This document shows, in pieces, positions 36,686 through 46,182 of a stretch of DNA of 64,000 nucleotides. The first letter of the stretch is position 1. Each line of letters starts with the position of its first letter. Made by a program: the position numbers and the translations under genes. Under the pieces are notes generated by a model. That model had not been told where the DNA came from. It ran no database searches and saw nothing but the letters and a program-made list of their open reading frames with translations. This DNA is from an uncultured Clostridia bacterium (GTDB lineage Bacteria > Bacillota > Clostridia > Christensenellales > UBA1242): assembly GCA_937895935.1 (NCBI GenBank), contig CALBKX010000015.1, positions 31,079 through 95,078 on the forward strand. Direction: 5' to 3'.

Positions 36686-37498
36686 GTGAAAGAAATGTAT
36701 AAAGCCTATTTAACAGAACCTGAATCCTATTCTTATGAAGAAATCTCTAATATTTATTATAAAGTTATTTTAAGAAACAATATTAGTCAAAAAGATAATC
36801 TTTACACGGCAAATGAATATACTATTGTTTTAATTAAAAACGATAGCGATATTGATGAATATATTAAGGGAAATTTTGATACGCTTTTGGAACAAGCAAA
36901 GGTAAATGAAAAAGAATCTAACCTTAATAAAAAAATTGAAAATTTAAAAAAGAGACTCGATGACTCAGATTACCAAATTTTAAAATGTTCTGAAAATTTT
37001 ATGATTGGCAATGTTTTGCCTTATGACTTTTCTAAGCTATTATCTAATAGAATCGGTATTAGAGATGAAATTAACAAGTTGCAAAATGATGAATTAACTA
37101 TAGAATCTACTTTAGAAGAAGAGAAGCAAAGAAAAATTATTGAAATGATGAGTTATAGTCAAACAACAATTACAAATGGAATTGATTATAACAATAAACA
37201 TTACAGATTAAATACAACAGACCAGATTAATTTAACTACTTTAGGAGCACTGGCAGCACAGGGGCAATCAGTTCCATATCATGCTGATGGCGAAATTTGT
37301 TCTATTTATACTGCTGAAGAAATGAATGGCTTAATTGCTGCAGCATCTAAATTTATTATTTATCATACAACATACTTTAATTTGTTAAAACATCAGATTT
37401 TAAATTTAGATGCCATTGAAGAGGTAAAAGCTGTTTACTATGGAGTAGAATTAAAAGATGAATATAAAGCAGTAATTAATGCTATTACAGGTGCTTAA
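36686..37498 (+). CDS. DUF4376/XkdW-like tail fibre accessory protein
   Basis: The C-terminal region YRLNTTDQINLTTL...ADGEICSIYTAEEMNGL resembles DUF4376. The likely true start is ATG 36695. Confidence 0.4.
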   Translation: MKEMYKAYLTEPESYSYEEISNIYYKVILRNNISQKDNLYTANEYTIVLIKNDSDIDEYIKGNFDTLLEQAKVNEKESNLNKKIENLKKRLDDSDYQILKCSENFMIGNVLPYDFSKLLSNRIGIRDEINKLQNDELTIESTLEEEKQRKIIEMMSYSQTTITNGIDYNNKHYRLNTTDQINLTTLGALAAQGQSVPYHADGEICSIYTAEEMNGLIAAASKFIIYHTTYFNLLKHQILNLDAIEEVKAVYYGVELKDEYKAVINAITGA

Positions 37499-37501
37499 TT
37501 T

Positions 37502-37927
37502 ATGAAACAAATTCTAAAGTATTTGTTTCTTTTTTTAATTGGCGGTGGTGCTTACTTTTTAATTGAGGTTGCTTCTAGGGGCTATTCTCACTGGACAATG
37601 TTTATTTTGGGCGGCATTTGTTTCATAGCTGTTGGATTATTAAATGAAATTTTTCCTTGGAATATGCCCTTTGAATATCAATGTTTAATTGGTGGCGGCA
37701 CTATTACAGGATTAGAATTAATAACAGGTATTATTGTTAATATCATATTAAAGTGGCATATTTGGGATTATTCCAGTATGCCGCTTAATTTTATAGGACA
37801 AATTTGTCTGCCTTTTACTTTATTATGGGTGCTATTGAGTGCCTTAATTATTTTATTAGATGATTATATTAGATACAAAGTATTTAAAGAGGAAAAACCG
37901 AAATATAAGTTTTTATTTAAGAGGTGA
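37502..37927 (+). CDS. Multi-pass membrane protein (4 TM), holin candidate
   Basis: Four hydrophobic segments, immediately upstream of the endolysin. Confidence 0.45.
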   Translation: MKQILKYLFLFLIGGGAYFLIEVASRGYSHWTMFILGGICFIAVGLLNEIFPWNMPFEYQCLIGGGTITGLELITGIIVNIILKWHIWDYSSMPLNFIGQICLPFTLLWVLLSALIILLDDYIRYKVFKEEKPKYKFLFKR

Positions 37928-37932
37928 ATATT

Positions 37933-39294
37933 ATGGCTTTTTTACAACCAGATAAAACTTTAAATTGGAATGGGCTTAAAGGTTATCAATATTATTTAGA
38001 GCAGCATAATGTAAATGGTATTGCTATTCCAACACAAAAAAGAGCTAAAACTGTTGGCATTACTGTTCATAATACTGAAGCTATTAGTTGTGCTTCTGGA
38101 ACTACTCCAGCAGAACAATATACGAGAGCTTGTAGAAACGGCAATTTAAATGACGTTCGTGTTCATATTTTTGTTGATGAATATTGCTTTTGGATAGGAC
38201 ATGACTTGTCCATGGTTTCTTGGCACTCAGGTGATGGAACTTCTGACCCTAATAGTGGAAATAATACTACGATTTCTATTGAAGTAATCGGTAATTCATC
38301 TAAAGTAGAAGATAATGCCGCAAAAGTAGTAGCATATCTGATGAAGCAATATGGATGGAATATTGAAAACAATTTGTATACCCACACTTACTGGATTAAT
38401 AGAGGATTGGGTATTGGCGGCACAAGAGATAATCAAAATACTTATAAATCTTCAAGAGCATATAAATATTGTCCTTGTTATATCTTGCCACATTGGTCTA
38501 CTTTTAAGAATACCATTAAAAAATATTTAGGTTCTACCAGTAATTCAACTGCTACCACACCTATCGATTCTAAAAAATTATATAGAATTCGTAAATCTTG
38601 GAATGATGAAAAATCTCAAATTGGGGCTTATAGCACTTTAGTAAATGCAAAAAAAGCATGGAAAGAAGGTTATTTTATCTATGATTCTACTGGAAAGCAA
38701 GTTTATCCAGAAGTAAAAACATCCACAGATGAATTATATAGAATTCGTAAATCTTGGGATAATGCTAAATCTCAAATTGGAGCATATAGGTCTTTAGAAT
38801 CAGCAAAGAAAGCTTGTAAAACAGGTTATCACATCTATAATTCAAAAGGAAATGAAGTAAAAACAAATAGTGGCTATTATTTTATTGACCCTATTGCTGA
38901 AACTACGCCAACAATTTGTATTAGAACTTATGACAATAGTTGGACTAATGAAGGAACTAACTGTGGAAATACTAATTCAGCTATCAGAGGGGTTGCCGCA
39001 AAATCCAATATTGTAGGCTTTAGATATAGGGTTCATTTAAGCGGCGGTAATGGTTGGTTATCTTGGATTACTGCTTATGATATTAATAATTGGAATACTG
39101 GCTGTGCTGGTTTAAAGAGTAGAACAATTGATGCTATTCAATTTGATACCACTTCCAGCTCTTATGCTATTTCTTATCGTGTTAAGGTTGTTGGCGGCGA
39201 TTATCTCCCTTGGGTAAGAAATACAGAAGATTATGCTGGAATTTTTAATAGAAATATTGATAAAATTGAAGTAAAAATCGAGAAAAAGGGGTGA
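37933..39294 (+). CDS. Endolysin: N-acetylmuramoyl-L-alanine amidase (Amidase_2) plus 2 tandem 52-aa repeats plus 2 ChW-like repeats
   Basis: ITVHNTEA...HTYW...KYCP amidase_2 zinc site. Repeats LYRIRKSW(N/D)..KSQIGAY. C-terminal GNGWLSW / GGDYLPW ChW-like units. Confidence 0.75.
   Translation: MAFLQPDKTLNWNGLKGYQYYLEQHNVNGIAIPTQKRAKTVGITVHNTEAISCASGTTPAEQYTRACRNGNLNDVRVHIFVDEYCFWIGHDLSMVSWHSGDGTSDPNSGNNTTISIEVIGNSSKVEDNAAKVVAYLMKQYGWNIENNLYTHTYWINRGLGIGGTRDNQNTYKSSRAYKYCPCYILPHWSTFKNTIKKYLGSTSNSTATTPIDSKKLYRIRKSWNDEKSQIGAYSTLVNAKKAWKEGYFIYDSTGKQVYPEVKTSTDELYRIRKSWDNAKSQIGAYRSLESAKKACKTGYHIYNSKGNEVKTNSGYYFIDPIAETTPTICIRTYDNSWTNEGTNCGNTNSAIRGVAAKSNIVGFRYRVHLSGGNGWLSWITAYDINNWNTGCAGLKSRTIDAIQFDTTSSSYAISYRVKVVGGDYLPWVRNTEDYAGIFNRNIDKIEVKIEKKG
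38581..38892 (+). repeat. Two tandem 156-bp units inside the endolysin gene (wall-binding module duplication)
   Basis: tatagaattcgtaaatcttgg...aaatctcaaattgg recurs at 38581 and 38737. Confidence 0.7.
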
Positions 39295-39300
39295 TTTAAA

Positions 39301-39582
39301 ATGAATAGCTTGTTAGGATATGTTGGTCTTTTAGCAACTTTAGTTTCTATCATTGTTCAGATTCTTAAAGGGGTATTACCACAAAGTTTTCCAACTCAAT
39401 TGCTTACCTTAATCGTTAGTTTAATCACTACGGTTTTAGCGGTAATTGCTTTTGGCGGAGCAACATTAACGACTATTTTGGGCGGCATTTTTGGGTCTTT
39501 TGTAGTTGCTTTTGTTTCTATGAATGGTTTTGATACACTAAAAGACTTATTCACACGTTATAAATATAAAGGTGGTGAATAA
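39301..39582 (+). CDS. Holin (small, 3 predicted TM segments)
   Basis: 93 aa with hydrophobic helices and a charged C-terminus, adjacent to the endolysin. Confidence 0.55.
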   Translation: MNSLLGYVGLLATLVSIIVQILKGVLPQSFPTQLLTLIVSLITTVLAVIAFGGATLTTILGGIFGSFVVAFVSMNGFDTLKDLFTRYKYKGGE

Positions 39583-39586
39583 CTAA

Positions 39587-42500
39587 ATGGATTTAAATTT
39601 AAGTAATATTAATAATTATATAGATGTAAACGAAGCCAATAGCACAGACATCGGACTCGTTCCAGACTCAACACTAGATGTTGGGTCTTTCGATTCCGAA
39701 GCGATTCGTTATTGGAATGAATCTTTACAGCAGCTATATGAAAAGTATAAAGAATTAGTTTCAAAAGATGATATTGTAGACGGCAAATTTGATATTAATA
39801 TGTCAATTCGAGATGGCGGCGATGCAGGCTATCATTTTTCAGAAGGTGAACCCTACATAATCCCAGATAAAAATGCTGACAACAAAACATATGAAGAAGT
39901 TCGTGGAGATGATAAAATTGATGCTGTCTTGCAGAATCAAAACAATCTTCAGTTTACAAGAGAAAAACCATCTGAAAAGAAAACTTATGTAAGATTAATT
40001 ATGCCAAAGTATAGTCGCAGAGTAGAAGTTGAAGATTTAGATAGAAACTTCTGGGTCATTGGTCAAGCTTTAGACCAAATTTGCGATTTCTTATTTAATG
40101 ACAAAAGCCCACTAAATTTGATTTTAAAGAATATCTTAAATGAATTATTGGGAATTTGGCAGAATATTTACTTACTTTGGGGCAAGGTTAATGGCGTAGA
40201 AGATGGTTTAAATGAAATTGGTTCTCAGGCGGCAAAGTCTAACCTAAGAATTCAATTCACATCTGCAGGTGATTCATGGACTTTTATTGTATCCGAAATT
40301 CTAAAGCAAACTGGAATTGATATTTCACAATCTTTCTATGAGAATAATGCTAAAATGGAAAACATTTATCTTTTTGGTAGTAAAAAAGACTTAGATGGGA
40401 CAGAATTAAATCCTATTCCTGAATGGTTTACAAATGAGGGGTCAGCAATTAGAATTTCCTATCCATGGCTTTTTGATAGCAATGGTGATTTTATTTATAA
40501 AGACGTGGATAAAGCTGAAAATACGGACGATATTTATGGTTTTTGCGGCGACTACTTAACAGCAGAGCAACGTAAATACCTTACTTTCCCTAGAATTGGT
40601 GGCATTTGTAAGTATACTTTAAACAACAACACTTACTATTTAGCTTATGACTTTAAACATCCCTATATAGTTGATTTAAATTTTGAAAACGCTACTTTCA
40701 AAGCTTTAAAATATGCTACTCCAAGTCCGGATTTTATTGATGAAAATGGTATCGCTTCTGGTCAAACTATTTTTCCATTAAATAGATATATTTATGAAGA
40801 ATCATTAGATAAGGAATTAGGTTCTTCAGTTAGTGGTCTTGGAGAATTAATTACCTTAGAGCGGCAGTCTTTTGATAAACGAAATTTTTCCGAAATTTTA
40901 CATGATTTAAGTCAATTAAATATGACTTTTATTAGTTGTTCTAAAAGTTCCTCGATTACAAAAGACATTTGTCCATGGGACGGTATTCCATCAGTTCAAA
41001 AATACACAAGAGAACAGATTTTTCAAGGCGTTTTAACAATGTTAGCGAAAGTGTGTGATTATGGTATTACAGCAAAAGAAGATTATTATTACACCGATGG
41101 CGGCGAAACATCAGGCGATGGAATCACTTTTGTTCATACCGGATTAGTTCCACTATTGAATAAAGTGTTGGAAAAATATAATTTAAAAGACGTTGATGAA
41201 GAATTAAGTCCCAAGAAATATTTCTATTTTGATGACTTAACTTTTTTGAGTTTCTTATCTCGATTTAAGCAGACAGAAAAGTATAATGATTTTATAGAAA
41301 TCTTTAAGTTAATGAATTTTTCCAATTTAAAAAATTATACTATTTTTGTTAATAAGATTTTATCTGATTTTGGTTTAACTTTTAAAAATTATTGTGAGGT
41401 AAAAAATATTACAGAAATAGATGAAAATAATTTAGGAACTTATAAAGATGATTATGAGAATTTCTGTAAGGAAAAGATTAATAATTTTTCAGATGAAGAC
41501 TTTAAATATCTTATTAAAGAGTATTATCCGGAAGAAGGTATTGAAGGATATGTTATTAGCAATCCTTTTATTAATTATGTTTTTAACGATTCAGATACCG
41601 GATATATTCATTCTCCACAGCTAACATACAATACCGATGCTGGTGATGATTTCAATAGAGATTCATACTATCTATTAAGAAACCTCTCTTCAAATAATAG
41701 AAATTTATGGAAATGTGTATTTACATTATTGCCGCCAAATGCTTTCAGCAATAGTAATAAATTAAATTATTATGAAAATAAATTAATGACAATTAAAGAC
41801 CACTACAATTTACCGAAAGACCAAGGTGGAGCAAAACATGAAGAATTATTATTAACTTATGATAACAATGTTTATTCTCCTGCTACTCCAATAGATTATT
41901 TACCATCTTTCACAACCACAAAAACTACAGAGAGAGCGGAAACTTATGGTTATTTAAGAGGATTTGAAACTGGTAATAAGAACATCAAATCACAATATTT
42001 ACAACCTATTGAAAAGTTTACAGGTTATTGGCTATATTGCGAATCTGGTAGTTATCTACAAACATTCTTAGCTACACCAAAAATTATTGGATATAATTTA
42101 CGTTCAATGGATGGGGATAGATTTTCTTTTTATGATACAGCGTTCATTCTAAAAACTTTTAATCCTTATGAGAAAGAGCCAGAAAAGTTTAATAATGAAA
42201 GAATTAGCACTGTTTATGAATTCAATTCTCCTGAGCCGCAGCCACTATATGTGGTTGAACCAGCGGATGAATTTATTAGACCAAGCATTTTAAATAGGGG
42301 TAAAAGCGATAAAATTCGTTATGTTGCTAGAAAAGGAAATGCTTACAAGAATGCTGTTGTTGATGGTTTAATTGGTATTCCAGATGGAATCACTTGGGGA
42401 AAAGAATTAGAAACAAATAGTATTCCAGAAAGTCCAAATGGTGTTTCGTTTAAAACAGAATTAGAAAAACAAGACTTTAGTGTTTTGGGCGATGCTGATG

Positions 42501-43012
42501 CGGCGAAAGAAAAATTAGATTTTTCATTGGATAATGTATGTTATTTAAATACCAATAAAGACCCAGACGAAACATTAAATTGGTTAAGGAATTCCGGAGT
42601 TTCTAATTTATTTGGTTCTGCTGTAAAAGGTTATTTAACAAAAGACATATGTTCTCCAAATTTTTGGTTTGATACAAACGGAAACAATTCATGGGAAGAG
42701 TCAGTAAAAGAGTTTAGCTTCTTGCAGAGTTCACCATATGATAGTGTTTATATTTATGATGGCAATCAAAAAGAATTAAATGTAGGTCATAAATATTGGA
42801 AAGATTTTACTATTGGAGAGTTGGTAAATTCAAAAACAATTAACACTTTTGCTGTTTTGCTAGAGTTTTTTAAAGATACTATTTCAAATTATAATTCTGA
42901 TAAAGCTTTCGTTCGTTTTTCAGTAATTAGAGAATATGAAGCAGATAATACAAGTAGCGAGATTAATAGTATAGTTGCTAATCCGGGAGGGGATGTTAAT
43001 GCCGAAGGGTGA
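39587..43012 (+). CDS. Large hypothetical protein (1141 aa), possibly virion or adsorption associated
   Basis: Long ORF between the lysis genes and the LRR paralog array. No motif recognised. Confidence 0.4.
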   Translation: MDLNLSNINNYIDVNEANSTDIGLVPDSTLDVGSFDSEAIRYWNESLQQLYEKYKELVSKDDIVDGKFDINMSIRDGGDAGYHFSEGEPYIIPDKNADNKTYEEVRGDDKIDAVLQNQNNLQFTREKPSEKKTYVRLIMPKYSRRVEVEDLDRNFWVIGQALDQICDFLFNDKSPLNLILKNILNELLGIWQNIYLLWGKVNGVEDGLNEIGSQAAKSNLRIQFTSAGDSWTFIVSEILKQTGIDISQSFYENNAKMENIYLFGSKKDLDGTELNPIPEWFTNEGSAIRISYPWLFDSNGDFIYKDVDKAENTDDIYGFCGDYLTAEQRKYLTFPRIGGICKYTLNNNTYYLAYDFKHPYIVDLNFENATFKALKYATPSPDFIDENGIASGQTIFPLNRYIYEESLDKELGSSVSGLGELITLERQSFDKRNFSEILHDLSQLNMTFISCSKSSSITKDICPWDGIPSVQKYTREQIFQGVLTMLAKVCDYGITAKEDYYYTDGGETSGDGITFVHTGLVPLLNKVLEKYNLKDVDEELSPKKYFYFDDLTFLSFLSRFKQTEKYNDFIEIFKLMNFSNLKNYTIFVNKILSDFGLTFKNYCEVKNITEIDENNLGTYKDDYENFCKEKINNFSDEDFKYLIKEYYPEEGIEGYVISNPFINYVFNDSDTGYIHSPQLTYNTDAGDDFNRDSYYLLRNLSSNNRNLWKCVFTLLPPNAFSNSNKLNYYENKLMTIKDHYNLPKDQGGAKHEELLLTYDNNVYSPATPIDYLPSFTTTKTTERAETYGYLRGFETGNKNIKSQYLQPIEKFTGYWLYCESGSYLQTFLATPKIIGYNLRSMDGDRFSFYDTAFILKTFNPYEKEPEKFNNERISTVYEFNSPEPQPLYVVEPADEFIRPSILNRGKSDKIRYVARKGNAYKNAVVDGLIGIPDGITWGKELETNSIPESPNGVSFKTELEKQDFSVLGDADAAKEKLDFSLDNVCYLNTNKDPDETLNWLRNSGVSNLFGSAVKGYLTKDICSPNFWFDTNGNNSWEESVKEFSFLQSSPYDSVYIYDGNQKELNVGHKYWKDFTIGELVNSKTINTFAVLLEFFKDTISNYNSDKAFVRFSVIREYEADNTSSEINSIVANPGGDVNAEG

Positions 43013-44738
43013 TAGTATTGGTAATTATTTTATAGGAAAGAATCCGCCAACAGTAGATGTTGTAGAGGAAAACCTGTTAGGGAAGATTGCTCAAGATGAC
43101 GATGGTGGATTAGTTTTTGAGGATATTGATTTTACTTATGATGGAAAGAATACAGGTGTTCAATATTTTGATTTTGTTGAGTGTCCAGTTAAAGAATTTA
43201 AAAATTGTTCATTAAAAGGTGATTTTTCCACTCCTTTTATTTCTTTTGCTCGATGTAATCAACTTACTATTGATAAGGAACACGTGCCATTTTTATTCGA
43301 TGAAAGTAATGGACAGAAATATAAGATTGCTAATGGTTCTTTTCAAAGCGTAAAAAGAATAAATGATTTTCCTTTTTCTTATAATGAAAATCTTTATGGA
43401 AATTTTTATCACTTGGCTGACGGAAGTGGAACGACTATTCTGTCAGCTGCTTTTGAGCATTGTTATTTCAAAGGTAGTCGGTATGCTTATGATGGTAGAG
43501 ACTGGAAAGATTATGCTGATAAAAGGTATGCTTTTGCTAATACAACAATAGACCCTCGTTTTTCCCCGCCTTGGAAGATGATTTTTAAAATCAATGCTTT
43601 TTCAAATACAGATTTAAGCTATAGCTTTTATAATGTAAAAAGTAGCACTTCAGGTTGCCTTCCTATAGTGTTAGAAGTGAGTGAAGCAAAAAGTCCAATT
43701 GAATCATGTGAATCTTTCAATGGGAATGTTAGTTATATGTTTGCTGATTCAGATTTTGGTCTTTATGACGACGATAGTGTTTCAAGTTCCTCTGGAACAA
43801 TCTGGGGTAAATTATATGAGAATATAACTACTTGTCAAGGTACTTTTAAAAATTGCAAAAAATTATATTCAAGTCGTTATAATATTCAGAATTATCCACT
43901 TATTTTTAGATTATTACCAAGGAGTGCTTCAGATTATTCTAGTGTTTTTGAAAATTCAAATTATTCTGGTTCAACTATAGGAGATATATCTGATGAAAAT
44001 GTTTCGCCTTTTATTTTTACCAATCGTAAGAATCAAACAATTAATGCGGAAAGAATGTTTTATAATTGTGAGGGATTGACTGATTTGTATCTAGGCGGCG
44101 TGGGATATAAATTATTAGCTTATAATATTACCAATTTTGATAATGAAAATTTAAAAAGAATTAAATTTCAATATTTTGATGAAATCATTATGCTTCCCAC
44201 ACTAAATGCTTATATTCAAATTCCTACGCATATAAATTATTTAAATTTTGACCGTGTTAGGTCTGTTAGTTGTGGAGCATTTAAAACGGATTGTCCTTCA
44301 GGCGAATTAAAATTAATTTTTAACAATACTGTTTTGTTAAACCAAGGTTCTGGATTAATTGAGTGTGACAATTTGCAGCCACAAATTACAGGCGAATGTT
44401 ATAATCTATTAATTTCACCTGATTATGATGGAGATTTTACAATTGATTACTCTTGTTTTCCTAATTTAACTCGGTATACATTGATAAATTTATTATCTAA
44501 TTTATATGAAAGTAATAATAGAACAAAATCAAAAATTATTTTAAATTCTAATGTCTTTCCTGAAAAAACAGTAGATACTATATATGTCTATGGCTTTTTT
44601 ACGCAAACTAACAATAATAAAATTGCTCATACTATTCATGGTTGTTCTGAAACACCAATATCAGGTGGCATGACTTTAAAAGAATGGTTAACTACATATC
44701 ATCCGGGATTATCAGTTGAATTTATAGAAAAGAAATAA
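42999..44738 (+). CDS. BspA/DUF285-type leucine-rich-repeat protein, paralog 1
   Basis: Start revised to ATG 42999 after GGGAGGGG. N-terminus MPKGD like paralog 2. F.nC..L..i LRR units. Shared C-terminal module ...GGMTLKEWL... Confidence 0.5.
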   Translation: MPKGDSIGNYFIGKNPPTVDVVEENLLGKIAQDDDGGLVFEDIDFTYDGKNTGVQYFDFVECPVKEFKNCSLKGDFSTPFISFARCNQLTIDKEHVPFLFDESNGQKYKIANGSFQSVKRINDFPFSYNENLYGNFYHLADGSGTTILSAAFEHCYFKGSRYAYDGRDWKDYADKRYAFANTTIDPRFSPPWKMIFKINAFSNTDLSYSFYNVKSSTSGCLPIVLEVSEAKSPIESCESFNGNVSYMFADSDFGLYDDDSVSSSSGTIWGKLYENITTCQGTFKNCKKLYSSRYNIQNYPLIFRLLPRSASDYSSVFENSNYSGSTIGDISDENVSPFIFTNRKNQTINAERMFYNCEGLTDLYLGGVGYKLLAYNITNFDNENLKRIKFQYFDEIIMLPTLNAYIQIPTHINYLNFDRVRSVSCGAFKTDCPSGELKLIFNNTVLLNQGSGLIECDNLQPQITGECYNLLISPDYDGDFTIDYSCFPNLTRYTLINLLSNLYESNNRTKSKIILNSNVFPEKTVDTIYVYGFFTQTNNNKIAHTIHGCSETPISGGMTLKEWLTTYHPGLSVEFIEKK

Positions 44739-44749
44739 GAGGTGATTTT

Positions 44750-45385
44750 ATGCCTAACGGAGATGTTTTAAACCAAGCGGAAATAAATAAACCTATAAAC
44801 AATAATGTTGAAAAATCTAATAAATTAAGAGGAAAAATTGTTAATTATTATGGTAAGATGAATAATACCGCTTTCCTAGCAAACGAAATTGAAAATTGTG
44901 TAATTGGAATGGACAAAGTTATGCCAAGTATAAAAAAATTAAAAAATTGTCATTTTTTGAAAAATTATTCTTATACACATTTATTTGATTATGCTTTTGT
45001 TTTAAAAGATTATTCAGTATATGATATGAATGAATTTACAGAAAGCAATGCTTTGAATTTATTACCTCGTGGCCATTATCCTACAAATGAACCTGTTAAT
45101 TACACTTTTAAAAATTTAAAAAAAGGGTTTGAAAAAACTGAAATTTATGAAATTTTATTGTCAGAAGATAGTCTTTTAAATATGTTATATGAGTTAATGG
45201 CAACTGATAAAATCTTAAGTTTACAGTTGAATTCCATTAATTATGATTACCTTTCCACACACTATTGCCGCATTATTGATAAAACAGACCCAAAGAAAAA
45301 ATTTGAAATGTGTAAAGAAACAGACCGTGGAGCAATGACTTTATTAAATTATGCTCTAAAGAAAAATTGGAAAATTACAAAGTGA
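44750..45385 (+). CDS. LRR-family paralog 2 (short)
   Basis: MPNGD N-terminus. C-terminal THYCRIIDKTDPKKKFEMCKETDRGAMTLLNYALKKNWKI module shared with paralogs 3 and 4. Confidence 0.45.
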   Translation: MPNGDVLNQAEINKPINNNVEKSNKLRGKIVNYYGKMNNTAFLANEIENCVIGMDKVMPSIKKLKNCHFLKNYSYTHLFDYAFVLKDYSVYDMNEFTESNALNLLPRGHYPTNEPVNYTFKNLKKGFEKTEIYEILLSEDSLLNMLYELMATDKILSLQLNSINYDYLSTHYCRIIDKTDPKKKFEMCKETDRGAMTLLNYALKKNWKITK

Positions 45386-46182
45386 TGCGTATGAAAGAAG
45401 CTAATTATACTATGGAAAAAGTAAATGATGAATATAAGTTAAAAGAAGTTGTTGATGGAGTTGCTCAATTTGTTGGTGATTCTATCAGTTCTATTGCTCA
45501 GGGAGAAATTATTGGTGGGTGGTTTAACCCCATTGAAATTAATAATATTAATATTGTTGGTTCACATATTCCTTTTAGAAAAGATGTGTATGATTGTCCA
45601 ATGAGATTAAAGAAAATTGATAGTATTATTAATTATTATGATGAAGAAGCAGATTTTACAAGTTTATTATATAATGCTACTAACATAGAATATATAAAAG
45701 AAATAAGAAGTTCTAAAGTATATAATTTTACAAAAAGTTTTTACGGATGTGAAAAAATTGAAAATTTACCGGAATTAAATTTTTCTATTAGCTGGTCTAA
45801 AACTATGAATTTTACAGAAACTTTTAAAAAATGCTATAAATTAAAAGAGGTAAGAATTAAAAACTTAAAAGGAGATACTTTTGGGAAAGAGATTATAAAA
45901 TTAGATTTTAGTGATTGTTTAGAACTATCAAATGAATCTATAAACAATATTATTAATAATATCTCTAAACACACTGTCGATAATAGTTCTTATGTTTTAG
46001 TTTTTAATAATAATAAAGAAAATCATTTTGTAAATACATATTGTAAAATTTTAAACAGAGAGGACGACTATTTACCAATGGAAGAGGTTAGTGGTTCTAC
46101 TGACTTGGCAATGACTTTGAAGGATTATATCATTACTGAAAAAGGAATTCCTTTATTGTTTAATGAGGTGAATTCTCAATGA
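45385..46182 (+). CDS. BspA/DUF285-type LRR protein, paralog 3
   Basis: FYGCEKIENLPELNF...FKKCYKLKEVRI LRR units. C-terminal NTYCKILNREDDYLPMEEVSGSTDLAMTLKDYI. ATG overlaps the previous stop (TGATG). Confidence 0.5.
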   Translation: MRMKEANYTMEKVNDEYKLKEVVDGVAQFVGDSISSIAQGEIIGGWFNPIEINNINIVGSHIPFRKDVYDCPMRLKKIDSIINYYDEEADFTSLLYNATNIEYIKEIRSSKVYNFTKSFYGCEKIENLPELNFSISWSKTMNFTETFKKCYKLKEVRIKNLKGDTFGKEIIKLDFSDCLELSNESINNIINNISKHTVDNSSYVLVFNNNKENHFVNTYCKILNREDDYLPMEEVSGSTDLAMTLKDYIITEKGIPLLFNEVNSQ

